Origin: Macrostomum lignano
Lineage: Eukaryota
Length of the DNA stretch: 64,000 nt
Assembly (NCBI GenBank): GCA_002269645.1
Contig: NIVC01001309.1
Location: 124,001-188,000, forward strand
Reading direction: 5' to 3'
Below the pieces are notes generated by a model. The model was given only the letters and a program-made list of their open reading frames with translations, made no database searches and was not told where the DNA came from. The position numbers and the translations under genes are program-made. Position 1 is the first letter of the stretch. Every line of letters starts with the position of its first letter. This document shows, in pieces, positions 1 through 13,224 of this stretch.

Positions 1-346
1 ATAGGCCCTTTTTGGTTTCAATGTAACATTTTTTAACAAGAGTTATTTCAAATGCATCTATACCATTTTATAAATATCTTTCTTTTTCACTTTCAGATAA
101 TATCTAAATGACACGTTCTTCAATTGTTAGGCCAACTTGTAAAATGAAGCAATGTGTTATTGGTAAGCGACAAAGGACAGTAAATGTTCCTTATGACCAA
201 GCACGAAAGCGTTACCGATATAGATTAGATCAAGGGTAAGTACTATTCAAGCTATGTAATTCCATAGGAATTAGGTTCTTTAACACCAATATAAGTTTTG
301 TAGGAATTAAAAGAAATAAAGAAGCGGATAATAGCATTTTTCTTCT

Positions 347-3300
347 GTGCATTTCAGACCTATTTTAATAAAAAAACAAGTTTATTCCTTTCCCTCAATT
401 ACTAGGAGCAGTGCTAAAGAGGACGATGACAAAGATTATGTAGAAGTGGAAAATATTGGTGAAAATATTGGAATCAATGAATCTGCTTCTCGACATAAGA
501 GACGTTGCGATAGTAGCTTTAAACGCTGGCAAGAAAATCGGAAGGCACTTTTCAATTCTTTTTGTGAGATGCAACAATGCTCTGGTCTATGCCAACTGTG
601 CCAAACAGCTGATAGCTCATACCGCTGCCATAATTGTGGCCTTTCTAATGTCTGCGAAACATGCTTGGTTAAGCAGCATCAACATCAACCTCTTCATGCA
701 GTTGAGAAGTGGAATGTAAGATATTTTGGTATTTATTTACGAGTATATCACTTATTTTTAAGTATGGCTATCAATTTAATTGCAGGTCTCATATCTGAGA
801 TGCAATCAATAATGCCAATTTAAAGTATTTTAGTAGACATTCAGTATCTTGTAGTAAAAGTAAAAAGTTCTTTTGGCTTAGCAGGTTCATATTACTCCTT
901 GTTACTTAATCAGTTATTTTCCCATTCAGGGTCACTATTTCGAACGAGTACAACAGACAATTGTTCGCCAGCTGCCGTGCTCATGTGAAATTAAAGTCTA
1001 TTCTTCTGTAGATGTCATCTTTATCACTGAAGAAGGTTTGTTTGCTTTGCAATTGATATGTTTTATTTTGATTTTGGTCTGGTAGCTACGTTAGGCATTT
1101 TATATTTATTGCTCACTATTTTTCTTGCAGCTGAGGAGATTAATGTACAACTTAATATTTGCAACTGCACTTCTCTATCCAAGTCAATTATTCTTCTTGG
1201 TTATTGGCCTATACAGGCTATCCCAGAGAAATCTCGCAAGCCAAAGGCCACTTCTATCCGTTTGATGCTTCTAATTGAATCACTTGGGCAATGCAGCAGT
1301 GCTTCACTTTTTTCCATTTGTAAGGCTCTTCAGCTGCACAAGACTCCAATGTGGAGTTTTAAGCCAGTAAGTTGTTTTAAGATTTCCATTCAGTAAATAA
1401 GCATCTTTTTATTTTTTCACTCAATTGCTTCTACGAATATTGAAAATGCACATTAATTTTCTAAATTCAATTAAAAATATTTTGCATGTACTAGCAAAGT
1501 CAAGAATTTACATTACTGTCTGTCCAAATTGTATACCTGAATTATTTAGGTCAATATATACCGGTTGCTGAATTCATTCGGTGCATTTCGGGCGTTCGAG
1601 CATCTTGTTGATGATCTTCGATGGTCTGGCAATGTGGACTGCCCTGCGTGCTTCGTTGTAAGTCGCCTCAAATAGATTTGCTTAAGGGTTCAAACATATA
1701 CCCGTAGATTTAGCTACTACAGTAAATAAATGAAGGAGATAATCAACATGTTTTAATGCCGATGCATTTCGTCCACAATTGACATCGTCATGGCTTACTA
1801 AATTTATTAAATTTAACTTTTATTAAAGTTTATTAAATTTAGCTACTACACTTTTTGCTCCTCATCTTGTTGCATACGAGTATATGTCTTTGTTAGTTTG
1901 TAGGCGTAAAATAAAAAGTCCAGCTTGGCCTGTTTTCTATATTCCATTTGCAAAGTTATTAGTGGAATTCATACAGAATATTTTTACTATTAATATACTG
2001 TCTTTTTTATAGGTTGTTCAACTTTTATTAAACCTTTCGTTGATACCAGTTAATATTACACTCTGATAATACTGTTAATAAACATTCTGGACAGGAACCT
2101 GACTGTAACGACAATCAGCCGTGCTTTTTGATGCTGGATGGCTGTTTCGGCATTCGTCACCGCAAAACTGCCGGTGACGAAAAACTGGAATCGGCTCCAA
2201 TTCCCGACATGTTTGTCGACGTGGATGTTGGACGTCCTACTGAGCCTGCAGACGACCACTGTGCCAACTGGAATGCTGGTGGTCGAGGCCATGCTTTGAC
2301 CTCAGCTTCTGACGTACAACGCCTCGACGTTTTTGGCTGCTTTTGCGGGTCTTGCCGTCATGGTTGCATTCGTTACTTGGCCGATATGACTACCCCAGGC
2401 GAGAAGTAAGGTTCTTTAAAACAAAAACCAAAAACTTCTTATGGGGGGTCCTAAGCTGGAACCAAATTTGTCCAAATAGATAATCTCTTTTAAGAGACTC
2501 CTCGCTTTCCACTTGTGAGCCTGTGGCGTCATTAATGATTTCTGGGCTATGAGAAAAAGTAACACTAGTTGTTGGATAACCCTTTGAAGCAGTGAAAACA
2601 AAAACTATACGCTGTTCAAAATCAGTTTTATTCATTCAATAGTCTCATTTCCATGCAGATTAAACTACGCCTGTGCGATGGTGGCCAGGGCTTTGCACGA
2701 AATACCTTCTGTTGTTCCACTCGTCGTCTCCTATGATGTTTCCTGCAAGCTCAAGGGCCATTTTACAGACGATCGCGTAACGTTTGTCGTGCCTGCATTC
2801 CATGCTTCATTGCTTATGGCCACATTTACGAGTGCCAAATTGCACAGGGCATTCGTTACAACGAAGGAGTTGGCCTGACAGATGGCGAGTCGTGTGAGTC
2901 TCTGTGGTCGACACTACGCCGATACGGCCCTCAGGTCAAGGAGATGAGCCATTCGAATCGGCGACAGTTTTTATCACATGTAGCGAAGTCTGTAAACTTC
3001 CAAAAACTGCTAGAGATGTGTAAGTTATGCATTTTTCGACTCGTAGCAATTTGAATCAATCTTTTACTATCCTGAAGTACATGCTGTACAATCAACGTGC
3101 ACTTTACATCTACATGTACAGCTACGTGGTTGAACAAGCGCCTAGCGTTGCATCGAAAGACAGACGCGACCGTGACGAAAGACATCGCCTTGTTTCTGTC
3201 AAAGAACTACCCAAGTTAGTATTTTTTCTAAATAAAATCTGTTTTAGTTAGCTAACAAAGTTTATTTTCTAACCTTATTAACTAAATTTGGTATTACTCA

Positions 3301-4150
3301 TTTATTTTTAGTTCCATACTCCACCCCTTATTTTATCCAGCTACTACAGACTTTGCTGCCCTTGCTATGCAGCTAGAAAAGGAGCTGCGAGATACTCTTC
3401 GCAAGTGCAAGAAGCAGGACTCTAATCGAACAAGGACAATCACGCGCCTGCACCGACTGGCATGCGAAAGAGAGTTTCTCATGCGGCATTCATTGGCGGA
3501 AAGGGGCCAAAAGCTCGCAAAAAGGCTGCGGATGATTACATCAATCAGCATTCGAAAGTCTAATCGAATTATCCGGACTTACAACTTAAAAGTGTCGGGA
3601 ACACGCATGCTCCGATACGAGGACTTTTGTAATCCCGAATCTAGCGGTTTCGCTGCAATTGGTCGTGTGAGCCTTTCGCCACAAATGGAAGCTGTCCGAC
3701 TATACCACCTGTCTCGTCGAGTTGAGGAAGAGCCAAAACTGGTAAAAGCAGAGGTTAGGCGGGTTACCAACCTACTGTTAACCGTCTGCGCTCAAACGCA
3801 AAGCCAGATTGATGGTTTAGCAAATCATCCTGCAACTGCCGTACTGGCTGCGAAGAAGGATGGGCTCATTCACCTGCTCAACCATCATTTTTGGTTATTC
3901 CCAGAAGAGCGCGTTGAATTTGAATCACGGGTGAGTAATACTCTTATGTTATGTACTTGAAAGTTTTGCTCCCAATTAAAACTCTGAATTTTTTAACCAG
4001 TCACCTGCGCATCAATAATAAGTCATTAACCTACTTCTTGCAGACCGTCTCCGAACCAGCATCTGCCAGTTATCTCGGATAGATTCTACCATTGCCGGCG
4101 GTTTGAAAATTGTGTCAATTCCAACAAAATCAACTGCGAATGTTATAAAG
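347..4150 (+). pseudogene. KDZ (Kyakuja-Dileera-Zisupton) transposase, intron-split, with CxC cysteine cluster; frameshifted
   Basis: Exon-like ORFs: 347-717 CQLCQTADSSYRCHNCGLSNVCETCLVKQHQHQPLHAVEKWN and 1130-1365 CNC..ILLGYWP (CxC cluster). 2128-2405 has LDGCF...CRHG...GEK. 2678-3019 has YDVSC..VPAFHA/YGHIYECQ..GVGLTDGESCESLWS (KDZ core motifs), with an ~8-nt insertion at 2807-2814 shifting frame. Coiled-coil exon 3341-3932. GT-AG boundaries flank the exons; the 5' end probably lies upstream of the window. Confidence 0.75.
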
Positions 4151-4949
4151 AAAGCCGACTTCAAGTTGTTTTCTCATTAATTATTTAATGTTTTGTCAAT
4201 TTCTTGTTTTTTTCTTCAAAAGCGCTTGTTTATCGGCTTATGTCTTAGCTCACAAAAAATCCAGTCCCAGAAATGAAATTAAATCTCACTTATATCGTAT
4301 TTCCATTTCCTTTTTTGCCTGATTATGCTTGATGATCCATAAAAGCTACTGAAATCTCAAGACTAACCATAACACATCCAAATAAACAAGCATAGTCTCA
4401 GTAGTAGCTTAGATCAAAAGCATATTTTTAATTTCTTTTAAGTTTAATTCGTCGATTTCTCTTTGCTTTACGTTAACATAAATAGTTTATCTTTTGTTGC
4501 TGCTAATTTAAAAAAAGTCATGCATATTCTGTTAAAAAATATTGTTTTCTTTTCGTGGTAGTGTATTGTTAGTAACTGTACGCGTATTTAGAAGTAGCCA
4601 TTTTTGCCAGCTTTTATTGATTACTTTTTTTTAACTCTGTTACTGTAGCTATAAGCAATTTGCAATATTTACTTATGCAATCCAAATATTACTAAATTAT
4701 AAATATACTATTTTCGTTTCTTCTATTCCGTAATTTTAAGTCAAATGCGCTGTCCCGAAAGGGGGGCAAAATGGATAGATTTGATTTTCCATTTTAATGG
4801 TCTTTTACCATAACCGCCAAGGCCCAACTCTACCGAATGGCACCCACTAGCTGCAGTACCCGCCTATAAGACGTCAAGTGACAGGTACAGAAAAAGCTGC
4901 TAACAACAACAAACAACAAAATACGCTGTCAGGATGGCAAAAGTCAGCG

Positions 4950-5200
4950 TCACAGGGCGCGCTTCATGGCTTGGGCACGAACAAAGGCCGCGCCACCGGC
5001 AGTGTCCGGGGCGCCGGCGTCAGCCAGCAGACAGTCGACATAACGCCGAGTTCGCGCTTGACCTCGCCGGTAGGGTGCCTGCAGCGTGAGCAGCAGCACC
5101 TCCTGCACCGGCTGTAGGCAGTACAACTCGGCGCGGATGAGATGGCCTGCGAGCTGGAGTCGCCGATGCGGGCTAAAATCAAACAATAAATTCCAAGTCA
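4950..5200 (-). mobile_element. RTE-like non-LTR retrotransposon 3' fragment
   Basis: RRLQLAGHLIRAE...LLLTLQAPYRRGQARTRRYVDCLLADAG resembles the post-RT C-terminal region of RTE-type LINEs. Confidence 0.5.
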
Positions 5201-5729
5201 TACATGCCAGTTTGACTGACCGCATAATTTCGACAAAATCTGGTTACGATATCGTTAAATTTTGACCACGACTCCTGATGGCCGGTGGCCGGTATTGCGG
5301 GGCGCCGGCATCATGTAGAAAACATTTGGGCAGCAATTGGATTCATGTCATACTGAAACAGGGGATCACCCAATCAACAAGCAAGTCTAGGTATAGCCTC
5401 TTACCGAATCGGCTTAGTGCTTCGCAGCTGTAGACCCAGGATGATGCTGTCACAATCTTCGCTGATAGCTAGCAGGTGATGCTCTTAACTTCGCTGCTGA
5501 TGAGTGTATAGCATAGCGTAGCATGAGGTGTATAGTAAGTGTATAGCATGCATGCAGCAGCTTTAGACTATATGCAAAACGGATCAAGTAAGAATAGAGG
5601 GCAGAGCAACCCAACATTTTCTAAATTACAACCCAACACTTTTGTAAATTATTTAGGCTTCAAAGTTGCGCTCAGCGACGATTCTAAGAATTCCCAAAGT
5701 GCAAAAAAGCAACACTAACGATCGCGTTA

Positions 5730-5894
5730 CAGGCGCGGACCCAGAAAATTTTTGAGGAGGGGGCCAAGCTATACCAAGCACTACAACTCCATATTGGAAA
5801 ATAGACCTGGCATAGTAGCAGGCCAAAAAAGTATGACCAAAATTTCTTTGGCCGCGGCTGAGGGGGCCTTGGCCCCCCTCTGGATCCGCCCCTG
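5730..5894. mobile_element. Small MITE-like element
   Basis: Ends caggcgcggacccag ... ctggatccgcccctg are 13/15 inverted. Confidence 0.4.
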
Positions 5895-6220
5895 TGTATG
5901 TATAAGTTCTTTCCGTTTCTTTACTTCTTTGGTCCAAACCGCTTGGCTGAGAACTCAGTATAAAAAGCATAAGGCTGACGTGGCATATGGCTGATGTCTG
6001 TGATGTGGCAATAGTCTGCGGTCTGAACCCAGCGCAAGAAAAGATATATATATATATATCTATGACAGAGGCTGACGTGTGGCTTTGATGTGGCTTTATA
6101 GTCTGCATGTTGTTTAAAACCATGCAGGATGCATGCAGTCACCAAGTTAGGAAGGTAAGCTAGGAAGAAAAGAAGAAAAGCTAGGAAGGCAGGGTGGGAC
6201 ACAGGTGGGCTTGCTATATA

Positions 6221-6632
6221 CACTCAGCAACATTTAAAACGCAACACTCTAACTAGAAGAAAAATCAACTCACTCAGAAGAGTCAAAGCGCATAGTCTAT
6301 GGTTCTAATCGAGCTTCAGAAACGCGTGTAGCCTCCTCTCGCAAGTAACAGGGCGTTGACTCGACGTGGCATTCCCAGAACAAGGCGTCGAAAAAAGTCC
6401 TGGGGAATTTCCTGCCACGCGTTAGCAACAGCGTTTCGCAGTTCAGCGACTGTCTGCGGCGGATTCTGCCGTTGAACACTCCGCTTGATAAAGTCCCAGA
6501 CATGTTCAATTGGGTTCATATCAGGGGATCTTGAAGGCCACCGAAGAGTACGCAGGTGCAGCTGGTCCTTGAGTTCGCTGACAGCTGCTGCCCGGTGCGC
6601 CGGTGCATTATCGTCCTGCAGTATGCTGCAGG
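6221..6632 (-). mobile_element. Tc1 transposase 3' fragment and right end
   Basis: ILQDDNAPAHR...WPSRSPDMNPIEHVWDFIKR...GGYTRF (DD34E C-terminal motifs); the end is TA-cactcagcaac at 6219-6231. Confidence 0.85.
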
Positions 6633-9600
6633 ACTATTGGACCACCGTATGGCTGGCCTATACGGTGGTCCAATAACGTATGTGGGGGGCCCGAGACGGT
6701 AAAGACCCAGGGGCGGAGGGGTTGGCTCTGTATTTTCAGGCGCGTAGCAGAAATTTTCTTCTGGGGGGAGTGGCTGCCCCCTAGGGAGAAAAACGAACTT
6801 CAACAAATTTTTTTAAGGTCTCCGCCTAAGGGAAAGCGACTGACCTCCCGCCCCCCCCCAGGTTTGCGCCACTGATTGCCCTCTATTTTTGCTCGATCCG
6901 TTATGCATATAGTCTAAGGCCTAAGCTGTGTGCTACAAATAATTTTTATTGATCTCTATAAAAACGCCCGTCAAAGTGTTGAGCTAGGTACGTCTCGGAA
7001 AGCAAAGTGAAAGCAGTGGTTCCGTTCTGTTCCGGTGGTTTTTCAATTATTCAGTGGTTAGGCTGCTTCGAAAGCACTGTGTTCTCGTTCTAATCTGTAC
7101 GTAGATGCAAATAGCTTCCGCCAATGGCTTTTCGATTTCTGTTTCAGCGTTTAGAAACCGTATGAGCGTCGTGTTATAAATTGTTTTCCGTGTTACTGTC
7201 AAGATTAGCCAATGTGCAACCGCGATTGCTACATGTACATGTAGCTGAGGCCTCCGTCCTCTGTGTTCCTCCGGCTCTATGCGCTTGCGTTGTCTATAAA
7301 TTTAACTGCTTCGTGATTTCGGTGTTTCTTGCTTTATTTCTAAAGCAGGGAAATGCATTCCCATAATTCTCCAATTTCATTGGCCCCCTACCATCCCCGC
7401 ATATCCATGTTCGTCCAATTAGCGCGCACAAATTATAAACCACGGAGGAATAGTTTTCATTCTTAATTTTTGTTCAGAACATTCAGAGTACAGGTCGAGT
7501 TCATAGTTTTTAGCTCAGAGTAATTTTCAGAGATATTTTCTCAGAAATATAAGCCATGATTCTACTTCACATCTACGAGTACCATAAAAGTCTGATTTGA
7601 ACGAAAACTGATGATTATTAGTGTCCCAGAAAAATCCCAGTACATTTTCTCATCATGTAAGCAACAATAACTATATGCGCATCAGAAACTAATTTTAAGT
7701 ATTTACATGTAAGCTAGGAACATACATGTACATGTACACTAAATTCAGCAGCTACATGTACCTCCTCCCCCCTACATCGCGCAGGCACGCGGCACAAAAT
7801 ATTAAACGCTTGTTTCGTGGGTGGGAACCAAGAGCACAAAAGTATAACCATGCACCTTGCAGCCGGTTGATGAACTGTCTGCTCTTGGGGCAGCTGCTGT
7901 CAGGCATTCAAAACAGTCTGTCGCATCTACTGAACTCTTCGAACGCTTTACGAAGCTTTACGAAGTATTTGGAAACTGTGATAGCCACCAGTTCTGCAAT
8001 GCGTTGTCTTGAAGAATGCACGCAGTTTTGCAGGCCGTTTAAGGTTGCCATAGTGTGAGCGCTGAACCTTATATTATTGCCGCATGACTTAAAGATTTGT
8101 CTATGCGGTTTCCTTTTGGTACTGTACAGCTAACAACCGGGACCGGCATGTACTCGTAGAAATAGAAAACCCCTGAAATTCAAGCCCTCGACTCCCAAGC
8201 TAAATGCTGTTTTGTAAGTCTGCGACCAGAAAACCAACAATAGCAAATACGGACTAGCAGAAACTGCTATCTGTAACGGTCTGCATGCCTATTCGGCTAT
8301 TCCCCGATATCGCGCACTCTTTGTCTTTGTCTCTTCGTCTGAAGGCGGCATGCGGACTTCTCACATTTCTAAATAACCGATGACATTACAAAAAAAACTT
8401 TTGGGCCATGGGCGGCGCGAGTTACATGTAAGAGGGTTTACATGTGGTTGCGGCCTACGTAACGTAACGGCCTACTATCTGATGAGTACACATGTACGAG
8501 CTACACTCCAAAAGAACTAAAATTAAAGTAGCTATTGTCAATTGAATAGCAGTTCGTTGCTCCATTCACCAATCTAGTTCGATTATTCAAAAGTAGGCGA
8601 TCCGCTGAATGAAGCGTGATGAGCCTCAGCCAGATGCTTTCAGTTTACACATTTTCAGAATTCAGCCAGAAGCCAGATAATAAGTACTTTTGCAGAGACA
8701 TTTGATGATGAGGTAGACCCGCTTACTCCACGTCTTCTGAAGTCCCTTAGATCGGCCATGGTTAGAGCAGATGTGCCCGTAACAGGCTGGGAGTCCCGGC
8801 TCACTAGCAGGAGACCAGAATTCCCCCATTGGGTTTACTTTTGTGCACGACTGTTGGCGGCCGCGCCTTTGGTGTATCCGTCGAACACCCTGGGCTTTCT
8901 CGGAATGCGGGGATTAACGTGATAGGCTGGAGTGGGACTCGGCTGATCCGGGGAGGAGAGACCAACTTTGAGCGAGATCATGGACAGAAGAAATAATGAG
9001 CGATCTAAGGTGGACTACTTAGCCCCCAAAATGGCATAGAACTGCTCCCTTTAAACCTCCCTCGGATTAAATAAGCAAAACGAAATAGACAAAAAAATTC
9101 AACGAAATAAATGCGCCATCGAATGCTATTAAAGTCAATGCGCAGCATATTTTATTTGACCAAAAATACAACTTAGCAAACAAGCAAGCAAGTAACTGGC
9201 GCAGGAAAAATAGGGTTGAAATCCAATACGTGGTCCAGGATAGCCCCGGACAATCCCAAAAGTTCATGTGAACCATAAAAGAAGCGCCATGTCAAAAAAG
9301 GTCAAATTGCTGAGATCATAGAAGAATTGCTTAAATGCTGTGTGCCTCATAAGAAAGGCGTTGCTGAGAAGATTTCAAGGGCGAATTGGGAGATGTTGGT
9401 AGGCCAAGTATATCAGAGAGTTAGGGTTAAGCCATAGTTTAAAGGACGACTTTGGTATAAAGGCTCACATAGGATTTTGATATCTTATGCTAGATAACAG
9501 GCTTTCAGGGGGATGCTTTTTTGCTGAAAACATAATGTATGTGCTGTGTATAATATAGTATGATAAACTATTAAATGAAATATAGATTATATCCCAGCAC

Positions 9601-9722
9601 ATCTATTAGATTCATCTATTTCATTCTGCAACCTGGCTTTATCACTCCGACTTTTTCATTAGCTGTCTCCTGCAAATCTAGTAGAGTATATCGCATCAAA
9701 ATAATTATAAAGGGCACATTGT

Positions 9723-10750
9723 CTATTCTGGATGGCGCATAACTATACGAAATCCTTTCTGCTGCGAATCGCCATTATGGTACACAACGACGCAGCTGCT
9801 GCCAGACTGCTTGCTGATAGTGTCTTTGGCAGGACCAATTGCAGCAGCACTTGTTGAAGCAGGACCGGTAGCACCAGGACTGTTATTGCTGTTTCGGCGA
9901 ATTCCAGCAGCAGCAACGAAATTGAGTTCGCGCCGACTTTCCAGTAAGCGCTGCAGCGGCTCCTTTCGAAGGAGGTTAACAGGCACCCCCTTCGGTACAT
10001 CGACAGGCCAGTTAATCCATTGGCCAGCATCGCTGTCGCAGGTACGATATTTCCCTTTGCCTTTGCCCTGCCCTGTAAAAAAGAGAATGTGATCGAGTGA
10101 GTCAAAAGTTTAAAGGGAGCATGATCAGAAGAGTTTCAAATTCCTTTACGATATTTTTTCCTTAGCATCGCCGAAACTTGCTTTCGCAAATTAGGAACGC
10201 AATCGTTAACTTCGCTAGGCACAGAAGCTCTTTTAGCCATTATCTACAATACAGTATCAGAGAAGCACCAAGTATTTTATTAATGCGCAATTCTTATTGT
10301 TAATAACATAAATCGTTTGACATAGGTTGCACACAAAAATATAACTAACATCGGCAATCCCCGACTCAGCAACAATACCAGCTTCTTCGCTGGTTTCAAA
10401 GCTTCTAAAAGGCTGACCATCCAAAAAGCTAACTACCGCACACGCCCTGCCGCCGCAATCTTCCAGTAATTCAAACTAAAAGGTCAAATGTTAAAAAAGA
10501 AGGATAACAAGAATCTGCGATTCAATAATCAACAGACAACAGACAAATTGAAATTACTTACATTCTTTCTAATACCTCGTAAAGCTTTTTTTCGTTTCTC
10601 GTCTATAGTCAGAGGCGTACAAAATTTTTTTCTTTCCTCGCTACTTAAAGCTTTATAATCTTGCGACGCGGTTGCCATTTTATCTGAAATTTGTTTCAGA
10701 AAGTCTCCAGTATTTAAAGTACAAATATTACACATTATTGAACACATACG
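9723..10750 (-). CDS. Putative multi-exon gene of unknown function (possibly transposon-borne)
   Basis: Successive short frames bounded by AG/GT-like sites: DYKALSSEERKKFCTPLTIDEKRKKALRGIRKN; FELLEDCGGRACAVVSFLDG; LRKQVSAMLRKKYR; QWINWPVDVPKGVPVNLLRKEPLQRLLES. Splice model is incomplete. Confidence 0.35.
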
Positions 10751-11849
10751 CGCTCGTACAAGCGCGCCAATACTTTACACAAACATGTACCCATACACAC
10801 GCTCACACAGAGTGTACAGCGGTCATGAATTTCTGATTGTCAGGAATGCACACTGCGTCTTAGGGAATCGCACTAATGGGTGTGAATCGCAGGACAACCC
10901 TCCCAGCCAATTTTTGGGTATAAGCGTCCACATTATGTGGCATGCAGACTGGAACCTGAGGTTCTACTGCAGCATTTGCCATTAACCTGCTCTGGCCCCT
11001 TTTGTCTGCCAAGTAAGCAAGAAACATACAAATATTTAAAATTACCTTTAAAATTTCCACTTCCCTTCAATTCTACAGACACTTTACCAGACCAGGCAGA
11101 CCGAAGCATTTGCTTTTGCATGAATTAAAACGAAAAATTGATATAAGAAATAAATTAAAATTGGCTTATTGTATTAAATCTTTTTGATTATAAAAAAGCC
11201 ATTTTCAACTGAAGCATTGCCACATGACATTACCAATATCATTTGATGACAAAATGTCAAAATTAAGCTTGTTGGTTAATGCTCTTTGTGTTATTATTCT
11301 TAACAATAAAGTAATTTTGAATCTAAATAATATACAGGATTTCTATGTTCTTAGGGAAATTGACTTTATGTTATGTTCGACAGTCCTCAAACAAGGATGA
11401 GCTCATAACATAAAACATATGTTATGTTTTATGTTATGTTTGACTTCGTTATGTTCCAACGAAGAGCACCCAGCGTCTTCTGGATGCTGGGGTGGCCTTC
11501 AAGAAAGTGCGGGCCTTATGTTCCAAAGTGTAAACATCTTACACCTAGCCTATTATCTAGCTAGTTAAAGCCTAGGCACTAGTCTAGATAAATTATCATA
11601 TTGATCCTTGTAAATATTGAGAAGATAAGAGGCAAAGACAACAAAATATAAATACATAAATAAAGAACTATGATAAAAAGGAGAAAAAAATATAAATGGC
11701 TATGGGATGCTTCAATTAAGAGATTGTTTGGTTAAAATTATCTAAAGCACACAGTAACTTTGGCAAGAATAAATTGTGACAAAAAACAAGGTGGATAAAA
11801 CAGAGTGGGATATAAAACAAATGCAATAACAAGTTAAGGTGGAAGTAGT

Positions 11850-13220
11850 GGATTATTTACTCTGGTCTCACTCTGGATCACAGGCTTAACTGGACTCCAC
11901 ACATTCAAACTAAAGCCAAAAAAGCCCTGGCTGTCCTGGCTCAGATCAGACACGCCGTGGGCACCACCTGGGGGCTGACCCCCAGGAAGCTGTGGTGGAT
12001 TTACACTGCCATCATCCGCCCCTCGATCAGTTACGCAGGCTCGTGTGGGCTAGCGGCCTGAGCGTCAAGAGCAACCTCGACGCTCTTTACAAAATCCAGG
12101 GCAGAGCCTGCCGCATGACTATGGGCGCTCCACTCTCTACTCCTTTTGAAACATACATGCGCAACTGCTGGCCGACCTGGCCGATCTGGCCACCGTAAAT
12201 TGTGGTGGACCAGGGGTAAGTCGCAAAAATGCCCACCCCAGAGACTACAGACGTAGTACTAATTAGATGACGAGGCATTTAGCCCTTTTAAGACAGTCAT
12301 AGTTACTCCTGCCGTTTACCCAAAATTACGTTAAGGTTGCTCTAGGGTTTCTTTCACTCTTTCTTTCTAGCATTTCTGGTCAAAAAGTAAGTCGCATGGC
12401 CAGTGTAAATCAGGGGGGTTGCGCATGTATGTTTTGAAATCATGAATGCCTTCCTCTGTGCCCCTCCTCTGGATATCTATATCAAAGGAGAGGCAGCGAA
12501 GAGCACCCAGCGTCTTCTGGATGCTGGGGTGGCCTTCAAGAAAGTGCGGGCCTTTAAGAAGCGGTCGCTTATCCCGCACTCTGACCTCTGCCTCAAGGCT
12601 CTCGAGGAGTGGCAGGCTCAACATCCTCACAGACTCGATCCCAGCCGCCCTTCTCCTGAGCCAAAGGTATAAGGTCACTATTCAGCCTCGACACGAGGCA
12701 AATGACAGCTGGAGCGGTCGGAAATTTATTTTTCACTCTGACAGCCAAGCAGCCCTTCTGGCCCTCTGCCGCAGCACCATTAGCTCCAGGTCCGTCCTGG
12801 ACTGCAACACCCAGCTCAACGGGCTTGCGCTAGGCAACCAGGTGGAGCTCAGATGAATCCCGGGCCACGCCAGTTTCCTCGGCAATGAGCGCAAGCCTGC
12901 TGGGGCCGGGCCTGGGGTCCCCCATCCCTGCCTCGGTGATCCACTGCCAGGCTCACTCACCTCGGGCCGAACCCGGTTCTCTCCAACGTTTCCAGGCCCA
13001 AGAGCATCCCGCTGTTGCCCAGTACCTCAGTGACACAGGATGAGCTGATTTCTTCCCCACTGCCAGTGAGGAGGACTGTGCTGCAGGCGAGACTGACGGG
13101 TCCCCCTGAGCGACATCACTTTATTGGAAGTCTGGTCAATAGGGGCTAGCGGAATGGGCAGTCTCTCCGCCTCCTCGATGCATCTGCCTGCCGCCTCTTA
13201 CAGCTAAGTCAAGTAAGTCA
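11850..13220 (+). mobile_element. Non-LTR retrotransposon 3' part with RNase H (R1/LOA/I-like), degraded
   Basis: GLTLDHRLNWTPHI..WGLTPRKLWWIYTAIIRPSISYA (RT thumb region); RNase H motifs FHSDSQAALLAL..VELR*IPGHASFLGNE; 3' tail taagtcaagtaagtcaag. Interrupted by a MITE at 12152-12431, across which the frame TPFE/IMNAFL resumes. Confidence 0.85.
12152..12431 (+). mobile_element. 280-bp MITE, TIR CATACATGCGCAAC, 8-bp TSD TTTTGAAA
   Basis: Perfect 14-bp TIRs; TSD ttttgaaa at 12144-12151 and 12432-12439. Confidence 0.92.
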
Positions 13221-13224
13221 AGGG

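Larger units (their letters stand above)
5563..6917. mobile_element. Non-autonomous TIR element (~41-bp imperfect inverted ends) carrying nested fragments
   Basis: 5563 ttagactatatgcaaaacggatcaagtaagaatagagggca is the reverse complement (4 mismatches) of tgccctctatttttgctcgatccgttatgcatatagtctaa ending 6917. No TSD seen. Confidence 0.5.

Noticed and set aside
8690-9540. Decayed plus-strand coding-like region (possible viral or gag remnant)
   Set aside because: Multiple stops and no motif I can assign.
11463-11517. 55-bp duplicate of LINE sequence 12499-12553
   Set aside because: Real, but most simply ordinary LINE debris or a local rearrangement.
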